Source: Fimbriosthenelais zetlandica
Lineage: Eukaryota
Direction of reading: 5' to 3'
DNA length: 64,000 nt
Assembly: GCA_977030845.1 (NCBI GenBank)
Contig: OZ365118.1
Span: forward strand, 3,038,001-3,102,000
This document shows, in pieces, positions 52,331 to 64,000 of this stretch (positions are counted from its first letter, which is position 1; the number at the start of each line of letters is the position of its first letter). The position numbers and the translations under genes are program-made. The notes below the pieces were generated by a model. That model did not search any database. It had not been told where the DNA came from and saw nothing but the letters and a program-made list of their open reading frames with translations.

Positions 52331-55300
52331 TGGCGCGCTGGATGCTTTTCAATATAACAACATTGTCAATCCCATTAGTCTTAATTCCCTACCAGCGGAT
52401 GGGGATTTACTTATTATCTCCCACATGTAGCGTCCTCCTACCGTCTCATTCACTCCCTTTCTCTGACAAATCGGATGTCACCCAATAAGAGGTAGCGGAG
52501 GCAAGGTGGTTTTAACTCAGCATGATTTCTGCAGGGTTTGTTCATCATTAAGTCATTATGACTTTATATTGAAGGTGCAGGAAGTGGTGAGTGAATGGGG
52601 ATTCAGTCATGATGGCGGGACTTCAGCCATGGTGGCCCGGGATGCCATCCAACCTGCTGAGTGTAAGTGGCCAGGACGCCTGCGTCACTTTACTAATTAA
52701 CACCCAACGCAGTCCAAAATGCTGCATTCACGCTTTTAAAAATGAATTTTACTTCAATTGTTAACAATTTAAATTTGTATTGTTAGGGGAGCTGGGTGTT
52801 TGAATAGTGGCAGTAACATTGGGGGACCTCCCAGCGGGCATGTCACTGTTGGGGGTCTGTATTGTGGACATAAGAACACATGTAAAGCGAGGTGTTAAAC
52901 ATGCCTCTCACTTTGTCACTCCCTCATGGAGCTGGTCATGCTCTAACCCACTCCCCCAGCCTGAGCTGCTCCCTCCAGGGATATACCCAACATCATGGCT
53001 ACATAAAACAGAGAGTCATTCGTTACAAAGTGCTCTCTCTATTTGTCTGTACTCAGGACACGTTTCATGGAAATAAAACTTGCTCGAATGAGAGTCTGAA
53101 AACATTTGTATCTCCGACTCCTACCCGATACATGATAAAATATGAACTATTTTATATGATGCAATGTTTTATGTCCACATATCGGCTGCATGTTGCAGAC
53201 AAAAACATGTTTTTATGTCTTGTTTTGACATTCTGCAGTTTGCGAATAAAGATTAAGGTTTTACCCTGGTATACAGAAGGACCTTGGCGTAAATACAGCT
53301 AGATCCTGTTAAAATACAGCTAGATCCTCACATGAATACAGGTAGAGCCATCTCAAAACCAGCTGTAACATGTTAAAACACAGGCGTTCATTCCCAACGC
53401 TTGTAATATTGAACCAAAAAAATAAGTTATGAAAATTAAAAGAAAGGGTGCATGTTTTAAGGTGGATTAAAACCAATGCTGTGGATTCATGGCAGGGGAT
53501 GCGTGACTCGCATCGCTCTAAATCTCTCATAAATCCCATGTAAATTATAGTGCATTTGTGTGTGAGAACATTTGGAGTATCTGATCCGAGACGGGGACAA
53601 ATAATATGGCCATGGGCGATCTGAGTCTAATGAGAATAGATAGACTATCATCTCAATTGGATCTAATGAATCAAGTCTAGCTCAGAGGACGATCACCTTT
53701 TGGGGACCTCTCCTGCTCATTTGTCCCCAGCTAATAATATTTGTGTGTAAATGAGGCAGGAAGAAGACTACCGTTACATCTAGAATCCCAGGCTTTAATT
53801 GAATGTCCGAGAGGTCAAATCAGTGCTGGCAATTCTCAAAATTAGAAACTGTATAATGATTAGATTGTGAAGGGCGGGGCGGTGTGGGGGGAGGGGGAGG
53901 TGGAGGTACTTTGACTGGCCTTTAATGAGATCAGGGATTGTGAAGTTGATGATCTTTGATGTAGCCGACATGAGGGCAGTGGTGCGTGGGTCCTCAGGCT
54001 GGAATAACGTGACCACAGAGACACACAGACACAATAACCTGTCATCTTACATTTCTAATAACCCCGCAAGGTCAAGCGGAAGTTGATGAGACGCATGCGT
54101 GCATTATAAGGATCGTATCATTAAAGCTCACGCTCGTTTACAACTCTTCATCATTTTTATCCGGTTCACTTGTCATACTAAACTAGATTCAAAATCACTG
54201 ATGAAGAGTACTTAAAACTTCACAAGCGCATTCCAGATAAGCATAACTATGGGTGGATTCCTACTGAACTATCAAGTACATTCACAATGAAATGCACCGA
54301 GTGAATTCAGAATGAAATGCACTAAACTCAAATGTAATTGTATGAATCCTCGCACATTTTTTTCGATATAATTTGATCATTTTGACACTTTTTTCTGCTA
54401 CTTCCTAATTGAAACAGAAGTTTCTGTGCCCGAGTATGGTGTATCACATGCTGGGATAGTTTGCAAGTTTTTCATTCCTAATTGCTTCTTGGCAATGGGA
54501 GGAAGGCTGTTTTATAAGCCATGTAATGTTGCATGTAGTCGGGACACTAACACAAACCTCCTTCCCCAGTTCCTGGCTCAGACCAAGTACACACCAAGAT
54601 GGCCGATTTATTGGCCCTTTCCGACGGGCGGAATCTGGTAGGGTTTTTATTGTTATCTTTTAATGCGGCCCAGTCATTTAACATGGGCTTGTTGAACCAA
54701 TGCGTCCTTAATGAGTCTCTGAAGGAAAGCAGAGTACCTCAGTCCGCTCATCCTCGAGTTATTGACTGACATTCATATAGAACTAAAATATGCTTCCCAA
54801 ATAACTGCATAGGTAGTGCACTTGAACCTTTCTTTGTTGAAATCACAATATCAGTTAAAGCATGGAAGGTATAGAGACTGCCTGTCAGTGCAGAGAACCT
54901 CCATTGTTTAGCGATATAAGTACATGGCTATATCCTGCTGATCGTATGTCTCACTGGCTTTGAATATGGAAGGAAGCTGAGATGTGAAGCACCAACCTGT
55001 CATTAAATCACAACAACAAGAGCTGTAACTATAGTTTCATGACCTTGGCCCATTTTGTGGCTGGCCGGGCTACATTCCATGCTGTACTGCTCTTTACCTA
55101 TAGACAAACAACTCATGATAGGGCCACCAAAATATCCTCCTCACAATCTTTATGACTGAACCATCTTCTTTACTGATCTTGTAACCAACCTTCTTTCAGT
55201 ATCTCTAATGAATTTCACCAGCTCAGTCCAAACGTTATATTAGATGCAGTAAAGGGAGTGACGTACAGTGAGTGCACTATTTGGACTGTACTGTACTCTG

Positions 55301-58300
55301 GGGAGCTTTAAGTAAGATATTAAGCATCCACTCGTCCTAAAGCCCTTGCTGCTTGGACGGAAGTCCTGACCATTCCCAGATTGAAGGATAAACAGAATTA
55401 GCTGAGCCGAGGATTGTCTGAATCAGCCTGCATGTCCACCTCACATAAAGCCACAAAGACGATGATTCTGACCCCGAATAAAGGAGATGTATTCCCAGAT
55501 TGCTGTCTGCCAAGTCCCACAGTCAAGCATGGAAGCCTTTGTTGTACTAATAGGACAAACGTAAGCCAATGGTGAAGGTAAGCCAATGGTGGCTTTCATG
55601 ATATGAAGACATGCTGTAAGAGTGGGTAGCGGGATCCAGATAGACAATAACATTAACTGATTTATTGCCTTCTTAATAGTTATTGCAATCCTGGGAGATA
55701 CTTTCATGATGCTGCGCTTTCCATGCCATGCTCTTCTACAATACTTTAAGGAGGTTTGTCGTTCCCATGCTATTCCTATCTGCTGCGTCTCTCGGGGAGC
55801 CACTCAGAACCAAATTGTTCACGATGCTCCTATATTCTCATGACATGGAAGTGAAATACCATGAATAATACTTGGGGAAGAAAAAAGTTAGCTCATACTT
55901 CACACTGAACATGAACTGCCTATATACTATACTCTAAAGTCCCCGGCCATTTCATCTGAGAGTAAATTTTCGCCAGCTTTTTCAGAGCTCGGTGCTTTTC
56001 AAACTCAATTCACATTTGGATAACGGTTGGTCTCGAGTTGGAGCCGTTGATCTGATTGGGGCATGTCTAGCTTGGAGAGCACTATAGTAGAGGATTGGGA
56101 ATGAGGACAATTCTACCGGCTGGCAAGCCTGGCTGTAATATGTACCGTACTATTGCCTCTTGTCAAGCTAGGAGAGTCTAGAGAGAACGTGCATGGTCTC
56201 TCCCAGCGATGTGCCTTTCATAGTAGAGTGGACGGAGAGGATGCTAGTTTTAGTGGCCCGATTGAGACTCGAGTCAAATTACTGACGCTTTTCCAGAACT
56301 CCAGTTATTGAGAATTTGAGAAAAAACGTGACAGGGTGAAAGAGTCGGGGGTGTTCTGGGGAGGACAGTGAGAAGAGGTGTGTTGAAGTATAGGCTGAGC
56401 TTGGTTAAAATGATTGAAGTGTGCCCTGGGCGATTGGACACTTCCTTCCATTACCGTCCAGGAAGAGAGCACTGTGGCCCGTTACCGCCTGTGGAGAATA
56501 ACCTCCCCAACCCCTCACCAGATACTTCTCTTAATAGCGTTTACCCTTTTGATTAACTCACAAATCTTGCCCCGTATGGGTCTCTGTAAATGAGAAACGA
56601 TTGCAGCTTCACAACAGATCCTTTGGTAAGGCCCTCGGGCCGACTCTGAGCAATTACAAGCCAGATCCCAGAGGTAAGGCATTTTGTCTTTTAGTTTATA
56701 GCGCCAGGGGAGACGTGGTGGAACACACACGCCCATTCCTTGGCGTGCTTTAATACCATTTGTCGAGCAGGCTCCACTCGACCCATCCTTCCCCAACAGC
56801 CAAGGTCTCCATGGGTCTGAGGCCTAGTGAACAAAATGTCTGACACTGTGATACTTGCACCTCCACCTCATTGGCTGTTTTCACCTGATACTTGTGATGT
56901 ATGGCATAGCAAGGTCGTTTACTTGTAGGCGATGTTTCCACGAACAGTGGGGGAATGTGGTGGCATTCGGCCCTGTTACTGAACCAGGGGAAGCACATGA
57001 TCTTAACAGTTACATATCCAAACGGTAACAGTGGAATATCGACATGTTAACAGTAGTATGTGGAAATGTTGCAAGTTGTATAGATATTTAAAGTTGTATA
57101 TTAATGTTCAGGTCATGTTGGGAAGGAAGGCCTGGACTTTCATTCAAGTATATATAGCTTAATATGAATTCATTTTATCATATAATACTGTCTTTCTGAA
57201 CGAATATGGACAATTTGGAAGAATGAATTTGTAGTCTTGAATTATAAACTAAAACTCTGTCCATTTTAGTTTGCAATTGAAGCACAAAGAGGTTGCTGCA
57301 CGACTGCCTCTCTGTCTGTGTTTAGGTACCGGGCTTGTTTACCATTGAAGGCTTCTTATATGATGAACGAATCTTCTATTACGTGGGCTTTTGTCCTCTG
57401 GGCTGATGCAAAATGAAATGGTTCAGATTTGCACAATGGTAACGTACTTACTTTCTTCAGAGTGTTTAGAATGAATGAAACTTGAAGAGATTTCGATTGA
57501 GGAATATTTTAAGAAAATATAAGATGAATTTTGACGGATTGAACGCAAGCAAGAATGCTTAATTTGCTTGCTAAGGTCTATATTTATGACGTCTGTTTGA
57601 GCATTTCTTGCTGCAGTGTAGTGTTACATAGGCCTATAGTACTGTTACAACTGTGCAGCAACACTATCTGACATTTATCATTCATACACGTGTCCTTTTC
57701 TATATAACTGATTGATGTTCACCTTTTGTGCCGAATTTAGATATTGAATTCACTGCCAATGTCAAGTATATATGAAGATTATTGACATTTTATTATTAAT
57801 GTCATAGTAAGGCCTGACTTTTTACCATAACGTATCAGTATTAGGAGCAGTTCTACTGGGTCCTCTTGCCTTGTGAGTTTTGTGATTTTGCTTCGGCAAA
57901 TCCTTGTGGATTTTTCTATGGCCTCAACTGCAATTTCTGCCACACGACTTGTAGATATATCACAATGAAGCCACCCCTCGCAAAAAGCAAGCTTCTGCTG
58001 GTGCAGTTACTCTTGCGTCAATTGCGACAGTTGCTTAGAAAATCAAGTCTGTACCCTAAGTACCGCAGACAGAGTGACTGAGGTCAGATTGAACCTATGT
58101 CTGTGTTAGATGACTATAAAGCCGTGCATGTCTCAGGTATATAGAAAGTGACACCCTGTACTAGCCATGCGAGAGAGCTGCTCATAACCTACCCCTATAC
58201 CTCTACCACGGGTGACACTGCCCCTCCTCAGACCACCCTACGTCTCTCTCTATAGTAGACGCCCATTACCATGCTATGTCCCTTGGTACTCCTCCCCTCC

Positions 58301-59130
58301 ACAGCTGTCATATGCTATGTGCAATACATATTCTCTATCACCTCACTAGCTCTTCTATAGTACACTCCAGCTACTGCTTACTCACATTGTCCCACTTAGC
58401 TGCCTCTTTTTGCTCCAGTGTCTTTTTTTTGCATTTGTTATCCTATACCAACAAGTGCAATTTTTAACTCCCAGTGGAAGATATCTTCACCAGTTGTTTA
58501 CCTCCATGATATTAATCAAGACATGGTAGTATTATATTAAAGGCTGTGTCGGGCATGTTATTGCATCACGTTTTGTTGACATGTAGCCTATAGATTGTGT
58601 TTACATGCAGGTATTACATGGGGTAGGAGGAAGATCTGGGTCCTAATTTGTCCCCTTTGTGTTTCTCTATATCTTAGATCAAAAGATCGGAACATGTTCA
58701 GCATTATATGCTGTGAAGATAAACAGTTGTCTAAAGGATAGGAGACTGGGGAGTTTATCTTCTCTAGGGTGACCAGTGGCAGGCTTTACATTTTATTTTT
58801 GATTCCTGATTTCAAGAAACCTTATCAGATACACACCTTCAGCTAGGAAGCAGTGGTTAAATATCCTAGCTGGCCATTATCTATGCGTCTGGTGAAGCCA
58901 AGTATTAAGCCATTTCCTGAAAAATTAATCGCCAATGGCGCCTTGAAATGATGGCCTGATAAGCCTTCTTGCTTGCTTGACTAGGGTGAACCTGGCCATC
59001 TTGGGTGATCCTGCTTGTCTGGCACAATTCCCTCAGACACAATCAAGATACAGTGAGGAGGAATTGGAGGAGGACCAAGGCAAGGCTGCAGCTATCTGTG
59101 CTCATAAGGAATTCCACAGGTCTGCCTGCA

Positions 59131-59193
59131 GCAGGCTGGGAGCAGGCTGGGAGCAGGCTGGGAGCAGGCTGGGAGCAGGCTGGGAGCAGGCTG
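59131..59193 (+). repeat. 11-bp minisatellite (gcaggctggga) x5.7
   Basis: Directly visible. It produces the AGWEQAGSRLG repeats in track ORFs. Confidence 0.97.
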
Positions 59194-61377
59194 TCCCTCC
59201 AGCCGCTGCCTTATCCTGTTAGTCACACGTAACTGACGCCGTGGCTGGCTGTCGCGCGGGACCGTGTGTCCTCAGGGTGTCTGTAATCATTGAATCAGGT
59301 TAGTCTATGACTTTATTCTCACGTTCAAGACGTCTCTGGGATTACCCAATCCCAAGACAGTCTTCACAACCTGGAGGTCGTAAAGACATCATATCTTCAT
59401 AAAAACGCTCCCCTCCCCCGAGCTCCCTATTTCCGTTTGAACCCCCAGCGCCTGTCAGGACTGGTCCTGGGTGTGCCATCTTAAGAGACAGCTTGTTGCT
59501 TTCTCGGGAAATCAGTCGCAAGGCAAGGATGGAAGCCAATAGTGAGTAAATTAGCACGATTTATCCCAAGCCGTCATCAAGACTACGGGATTCATTGCTG
59601 CCAATTTAGCTGCAGACCGCACGCCGGGGCCTTATTTGCCGGGCCAATTATTCGAGCAGGTGGAAGAATTAATGTTATGACAATTGCATGAATTATGTGT
59701 TCAAATATTGGATTAATTATCGCCCACGTCAGGCCGCAAGTTTGGCTGGTTTGGAATCAATGTTCACGCAGAAAATTCCTATAACAAGTGAGTCATCAGC
59801 AGGGCTTCACAAATGCTGGTAATCTAATTAATTCCTGGCAAAAATAACATTAAATATGTGCATAATTGGTGAGAGAAGGCCTGGTGGATGCCAGCCCTGG
59901 TTACATAGAGACTTCATTAAAATGTCACTAACTCAGCTGATTTCCTCCTAGACTAGAATTCACCAGCTTGTTCTTGGCATTTATTAGAGGGCCTTGTTGC
60001 CTTTACTCTGTGCTTAAGTTTGGTTTTACTGAAAGGATGACATTATGAATGTCGCTTCCTGTAATTAGGCCTCAATCTGCATTAGACAGTCAGAAAAGCT
60101 GGTGCATATTTTGGATCTTTCTTACTAAAATAACATGACACCATGTGTGTTTGAAAGAAAGCCATGGAGAATCTCTATCCTGGGTGGCATAAGCTCAGTT
60201 CATACCAGATTGTAGCCATCCGATATAGATGCATAATTCTCAACTCCCCTCCCATGACAGGGAAACAAAGAAAGATTGAGAGAGACAAATATCTGTTGGA
60301 TTTTTTCAAGAAGAACAATCAAAGGTTGGGTTGTGGGAGGAGTGGGTTTCCATTGAGCCATGTCAGGAGTAGGCCGGCTTTATTTGCTGGTGAGATGAAT
60401 GAATATGATGTCTGGAGAGGCCCTCACCTTCATGTCCCCTCTTGGATGAGGACCTACAATTTGGCGGGAAATTCAGCTAAAAAGTCGTTGGCAAGCAAAT
60501 GAGGCGGGGGAATATCTAAAAGCTACTTGAGTGTGTGGGTGAAGTGGCAGACTAGAGGCCTGGTATTGGATTGATGTGTGGAGGAGGGGAGATGGAGGGT
60601 GGCAAGCCTGCGGGATGGGCACTGTCTGAAACCCGGCTTAATATAAGTGCCGCAGCTCTATATTTGCTTCATTCTACAATTCATTCACCGTTTTTCTCAT
60701 ACCAGTCATGGTATATTTACACAGCTAACATCTATAGGAATGAAAGGAATTCGTATTCCAAATAAATGGGTCTGATTTGAATGGCTACAATGCATTGGAA
60801 TGATTCCCAGATTGTAATTGTATTACAAGATTATATTGCATTGAGATGTAGACCAGCAAAAGTCTGATGATAAATTGGCTAATATTCAACCATGAGAATG
60901 ACTTTTCATTTTCATTTTTGGACAAATTTCTTCAGAGTGTTTCTACTATTGTCTCAGTAACTTAGTAAGTTAGTATAGTATCCTGATTATTTTCAGGTTC
61001 TTGCTTTGTTAAATAAAGCTCTCTAGATTCCAGTCCTTATCCCTATGCATCGGTGATTCCCCACATTAAGAGGATGAAATGTATCCGTCTGTGCACTCGC
61101 TATAAAAAATCCTGTCATTATGAAAGTAGAAACAAAACATTCTCTTCGTTCATATAAGTATGTCTGCCTCATCAAATTCCTGTTCAATAGAAGTATGAAT
61201 GTAAGTATCTTATTGAGAGAGAGTGCAATAAGTAGCATGGGATAAAAACACATATTACAAGCCTTCCCTTCAATGTAAAGGTCCCCGTTCTTTCTTCCGT
61301 GAGAGAAATAGTTGTTTTTAATCAGAGTCTGCTTAATTTAAGAATGAAGAGAACTAAGATTTACACATGATATACAT

Positions 61378-61383
61378 TTTATT
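61378..61383 (-). terminator. Probable polyadenylation signal (AATAAA on - strand) of the convergent gene; 3'UTR about 2 kb
   Basis: TTTATT on + at 61378-61383 is the first such hexamer I found downstream of the TAG. The flanking sequence is AU-rich and UTR-like. Confidence 0.45.
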
Positions 61384-63367
61384 GCATTTTCTCGTCGTAC
61401 GCCCCTATAGATGGTGATACCACAGCATAAGAATAACATCCTCTTGTGTGTATTTACAAAACTTTACAGACATTATGCCAATGATGTGTGATGTGAAAAA
61501 ATACTAATACCCTTACATCAATCAGTAACCCATAGATATAGGGTCAGGTGGGCCGTCCAGGGGCCAACGTATATTATACATAGTGTGCATATAACACGCC
61601 TGGTACACACCAACAGAAATGCTTCATTTATCTTCATATTTTGGCCTATATTTTAGTCCACGGGTACAAAAAGAAACATCACTTCTTTCAAGACATCATT
61701 ATCACACAGAATTGTATTGACAATTCACACATATATATCCCATTGTTGCTGCAACAGTTTTGAATGCTCCACTTCAAGAATCACACTCCTGTTCCCACGC
61801 TATAAAAACATACATATGTAATTTAGTCCTGTTGATAATAATATATTTTCATCGGCTGAATCATGAAAACGTGTAGAATGACGTTTGCTTCTATTGTTAT
61901 TTTCATGATGTATTGGCATTTTTCAACATGGGTATGAAAGATGATCTAGTCGATCTTCTTAAATGGATATTATGTCTACATCCCCCCACCCACCCCTCTC
62001 CAGTTAGGTCAATCCCTGAACATGAAAATAAGGAATTTAGCATTTGAAGTCAAAAGGCTTAGAAAATCAAGGGATGATAGTGTAGCGATTGTTGAATCCA
62101 GCAACATATGAAAGGAATAGCCGAAACAAAATGAGAACAGAATCCATTCATGGGTTTAGACATATGTATTCACAAATCCTAAACGAATCAAATTACCGTT
62201 TTAGTCTTGGTGTTTTATATTTTTCGATGTTATTTCCTTGTTCTCGTCAACAAAGGGTATATGACCGTTTAACGGAGTCGGTGTAAATAATAGAGGAGTG
62301 GGAGGGTGAGGTAGAGGACTTGTACACGTTATAGTCAACATGATCACATATGGACATAGCAGTAACATAGATTCAGACTTAACGTGCGCCTTCACGGCTC
62401 CACATTAATGTTTCAACTCCCCTCACGTTCTACCCGCTACTCAAATCATGACTCAAATCAAACTCAACCAAGGCCAACATATATAATATACTTGCATACT
62501 TTGGCTACAATATTGAACGTGGCGATTCTCGTGATTTTCTATATACAGTTTACTCTGACTAAATTAAACACGCATACATTATTATCCTTCAGTGTCATCT
62601 TGCATACATAACCCATTCACAGATATATCAACAAACTAGTCATTTTGAAAAATTCATGACCGTCTGACATTTTCAGTGGTGGTTGGTTGGGATGATATAT
62701 GAACATTGATGAAGATGGAGAGTGAAGATATGAGATGAAACCAATGACCCATGATATACCAGTTAAACACTACATTAGGCGGCCAACACTGTGTTACGTC
62801 TTTTTAAACCATTTCCCCCAACCCCGCACCCCACCCCTCAACTTTGGTTTGAAGTGTTGCCTTGTATAATGCTTTCCAGGCTATACCGATACAAGACATG
62901 GTTTAGATCAAAATCAATGACATCTATCAACAAGCCCCGGAGAAAAAACACAGTCCCTCTCCATCATCCCCCTCCCTCCCCTCTCCCATGCAGTGTTTTT
63001 CACCTGTTAGAAAAGAACTATTCGTAGTTAGTCATTCAGAAAAGTGGGACTGATACTCGTTGCGACTAAAAGGCAGCACCTTATCTAATGATACAGAATA
63101 CACCGACGCTGAAGCCTACAATAAAGAGAGATTATCAGCTGATAGACGCCCGGTGATGTCCTGCACCGGGTCATCTATGACATTATAACAGTCACTATTA
63201 CCTCATGGTTAGACACTCTGACCATCTCTCACGCGGGATAGGAGGAAAACAACAGCGTCAGGTACCTGCATATAGCATGGTCATCAACATATGCAATTGT
63301 TCATGTGATGCAAAAAGTAGAGCCCCATCCCTTCCTTACACACATACATATATAGTGTTAGCGGGCC

Positions 63368-64000
63368 CTATACAACCACATCTTTGGATATTTCCCCAGA
63401 GTCTTGTAATTTTAAGGCATAGTCATTTTGTATGGTGGACTGGGAGTCATTGTGCTCGTGCAGTGTGTTTTGAGAGCTATTGGAGGCCGCTGATAGGGGT
63501 TGGTGTGGTAAGGAAGAGGCCCTGTGTGGGGGATGTGGTAATGTATTATGGTTCATTATCCCTCCATGGGTTGTGTCAGAACTCTGGTGCACCAGTCGGC
63601 CATGGGTGGCGTGACCGTCGCCCAGTTTAGACTGGTTCCTGTCTATAGGGTACACCTGATGGGGGTTGCCCCCCAGTCGCGGGTTCAGGGTGTGGTAGCC
63701 GCGATCCTGCTGGTTGCCTTGGTAAATACCACACTCACGATTTTGTAAAGGATCCCGGGCTGGTAAGTACCCGTATGTCCGGTGAGGTCCATGTTCGGTA
63801 CTGATCACCCTGGCGGGGACCACGCGAACTAAACTGCCCGACTTGCCCGGTGGGTCGATGAGGGCGTGCGGGGCAATGGTGACCCGTTTGGGGGTGTGGT
63901 GGGAACCGGAACCGTGAGGACCAGGGCCGTGGGTGTTGTTGGTGACGTTAGGGGAGCTGAAGGTGTGTAGAGGGGGAGGTGGTGGTTGGGGGATGCTCGT
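63368..64000 (-). CDS. Terminal coding exon (partial, open to window edge) of a convergently transcribed gene; His/Pro/Gly-rich cytoplasmic-tail-like protein ending ...QDSGEISKDVVV*, possibly a second protocadherin/adhesion receptor
   Basis: The reading frame is stop-free from 64000 to TAG at 63370-63368 (210 aa: TSIPQPPPPPLHTFSSPNVTNNTHGPGPHGSGSHHTPKRVTIAPHALIDPPGKSGSLVRVVPARVISTEHGPH...KDVVV). This extends the track ORF 63368..63823. It contains WIRS-like LHTFSS and a hydrophobic PDZ-ligand-like end. Confidence 0.7.
   Translation of the reverse strand, partial: TSIPQPPPPPLHTFSSPNVTNNTHGPGPHGSGSHHTPKRVTIAPHALIDPPGKSGSLVRVVPARVISTEHGPHRTYGYLPARDPLQNRECGIYQGNQQDRGYHTLNPRLGGNPHQVYPIDRNQSKLGDGHATHGRLVHQSSDTTHGGIMNHNTLPHPPHRASSLPHQPLSAASNSSQNTLHEHNDSQSTIQNDYALKLQDSGEISKDVVV

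Noticed and set aside
57866-58081. Cys-rich ORF (CEFC...CNFCH) as a zinc finger
   Set aside because: The spacing fits no finger family I recognise, the ORF is short, and it starts at a non-ATG codon.
58977-59232. ORFs with AGWEQAGSRLG repeats
   Set aside because: Translation of the 11-bp minisatellite.
448-63748. Remaining 60-140 aa ORFs in the track
   Set aside because: Their length and number match chance expectation in 64 kb with alternative starts. I saw no domains, codon bias or compatible splice sites.

Overview
Eukaryotic (metazoan, probably lophotrochozoan invertebrate) genomic DNA, almost entirely intronic and intergenic. There is no prokaryotic operon structure, no CRISPR array and no recognisable intact transposon ORF. 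The + strand carries the 3' end of a protocadherin-like gene, rebuilt here from three exons that splice in frame at canonical GT/AG sites: 1-168 (end of an upstream exon that runs off the window), 6848-6989 (CM1-like DSGRG motif) and 28619-29343 (WIRS-like MRTF motif, C-terminus ...SGSYVVDPQDLCNEIDDLFFRDMVV*). Together they give 344 aa of cytoplasmic tail. At the far end, the terminal coding exon of a second, convergently transcribed gene enters on the - strand (63368-64000, open to the window edge). It also has a WIRS-like motif (LHTF) and a similar C-terminus (KDVVV*). The non-coding DNA contains many minisatellites and poly-C tracts biased to the + strand. It also holds a forward CTCF-like site in the first intron, a tandem pair of reverse CTCF-like sites about 9 kb past the stop codon, a 29-41 bp composite motif present twice, and several orphan promoter-like motif clusters. 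The main hypothesis is that this is the constant region and downstream insulator/enhancer of an invertebrate protocadherin locus organised like vertebrate clustered Pcdh. This cannot be proven from the window because the ectodomain exon(s) lie upstream. The family assignment rests on remembered motifs, not on a database search.
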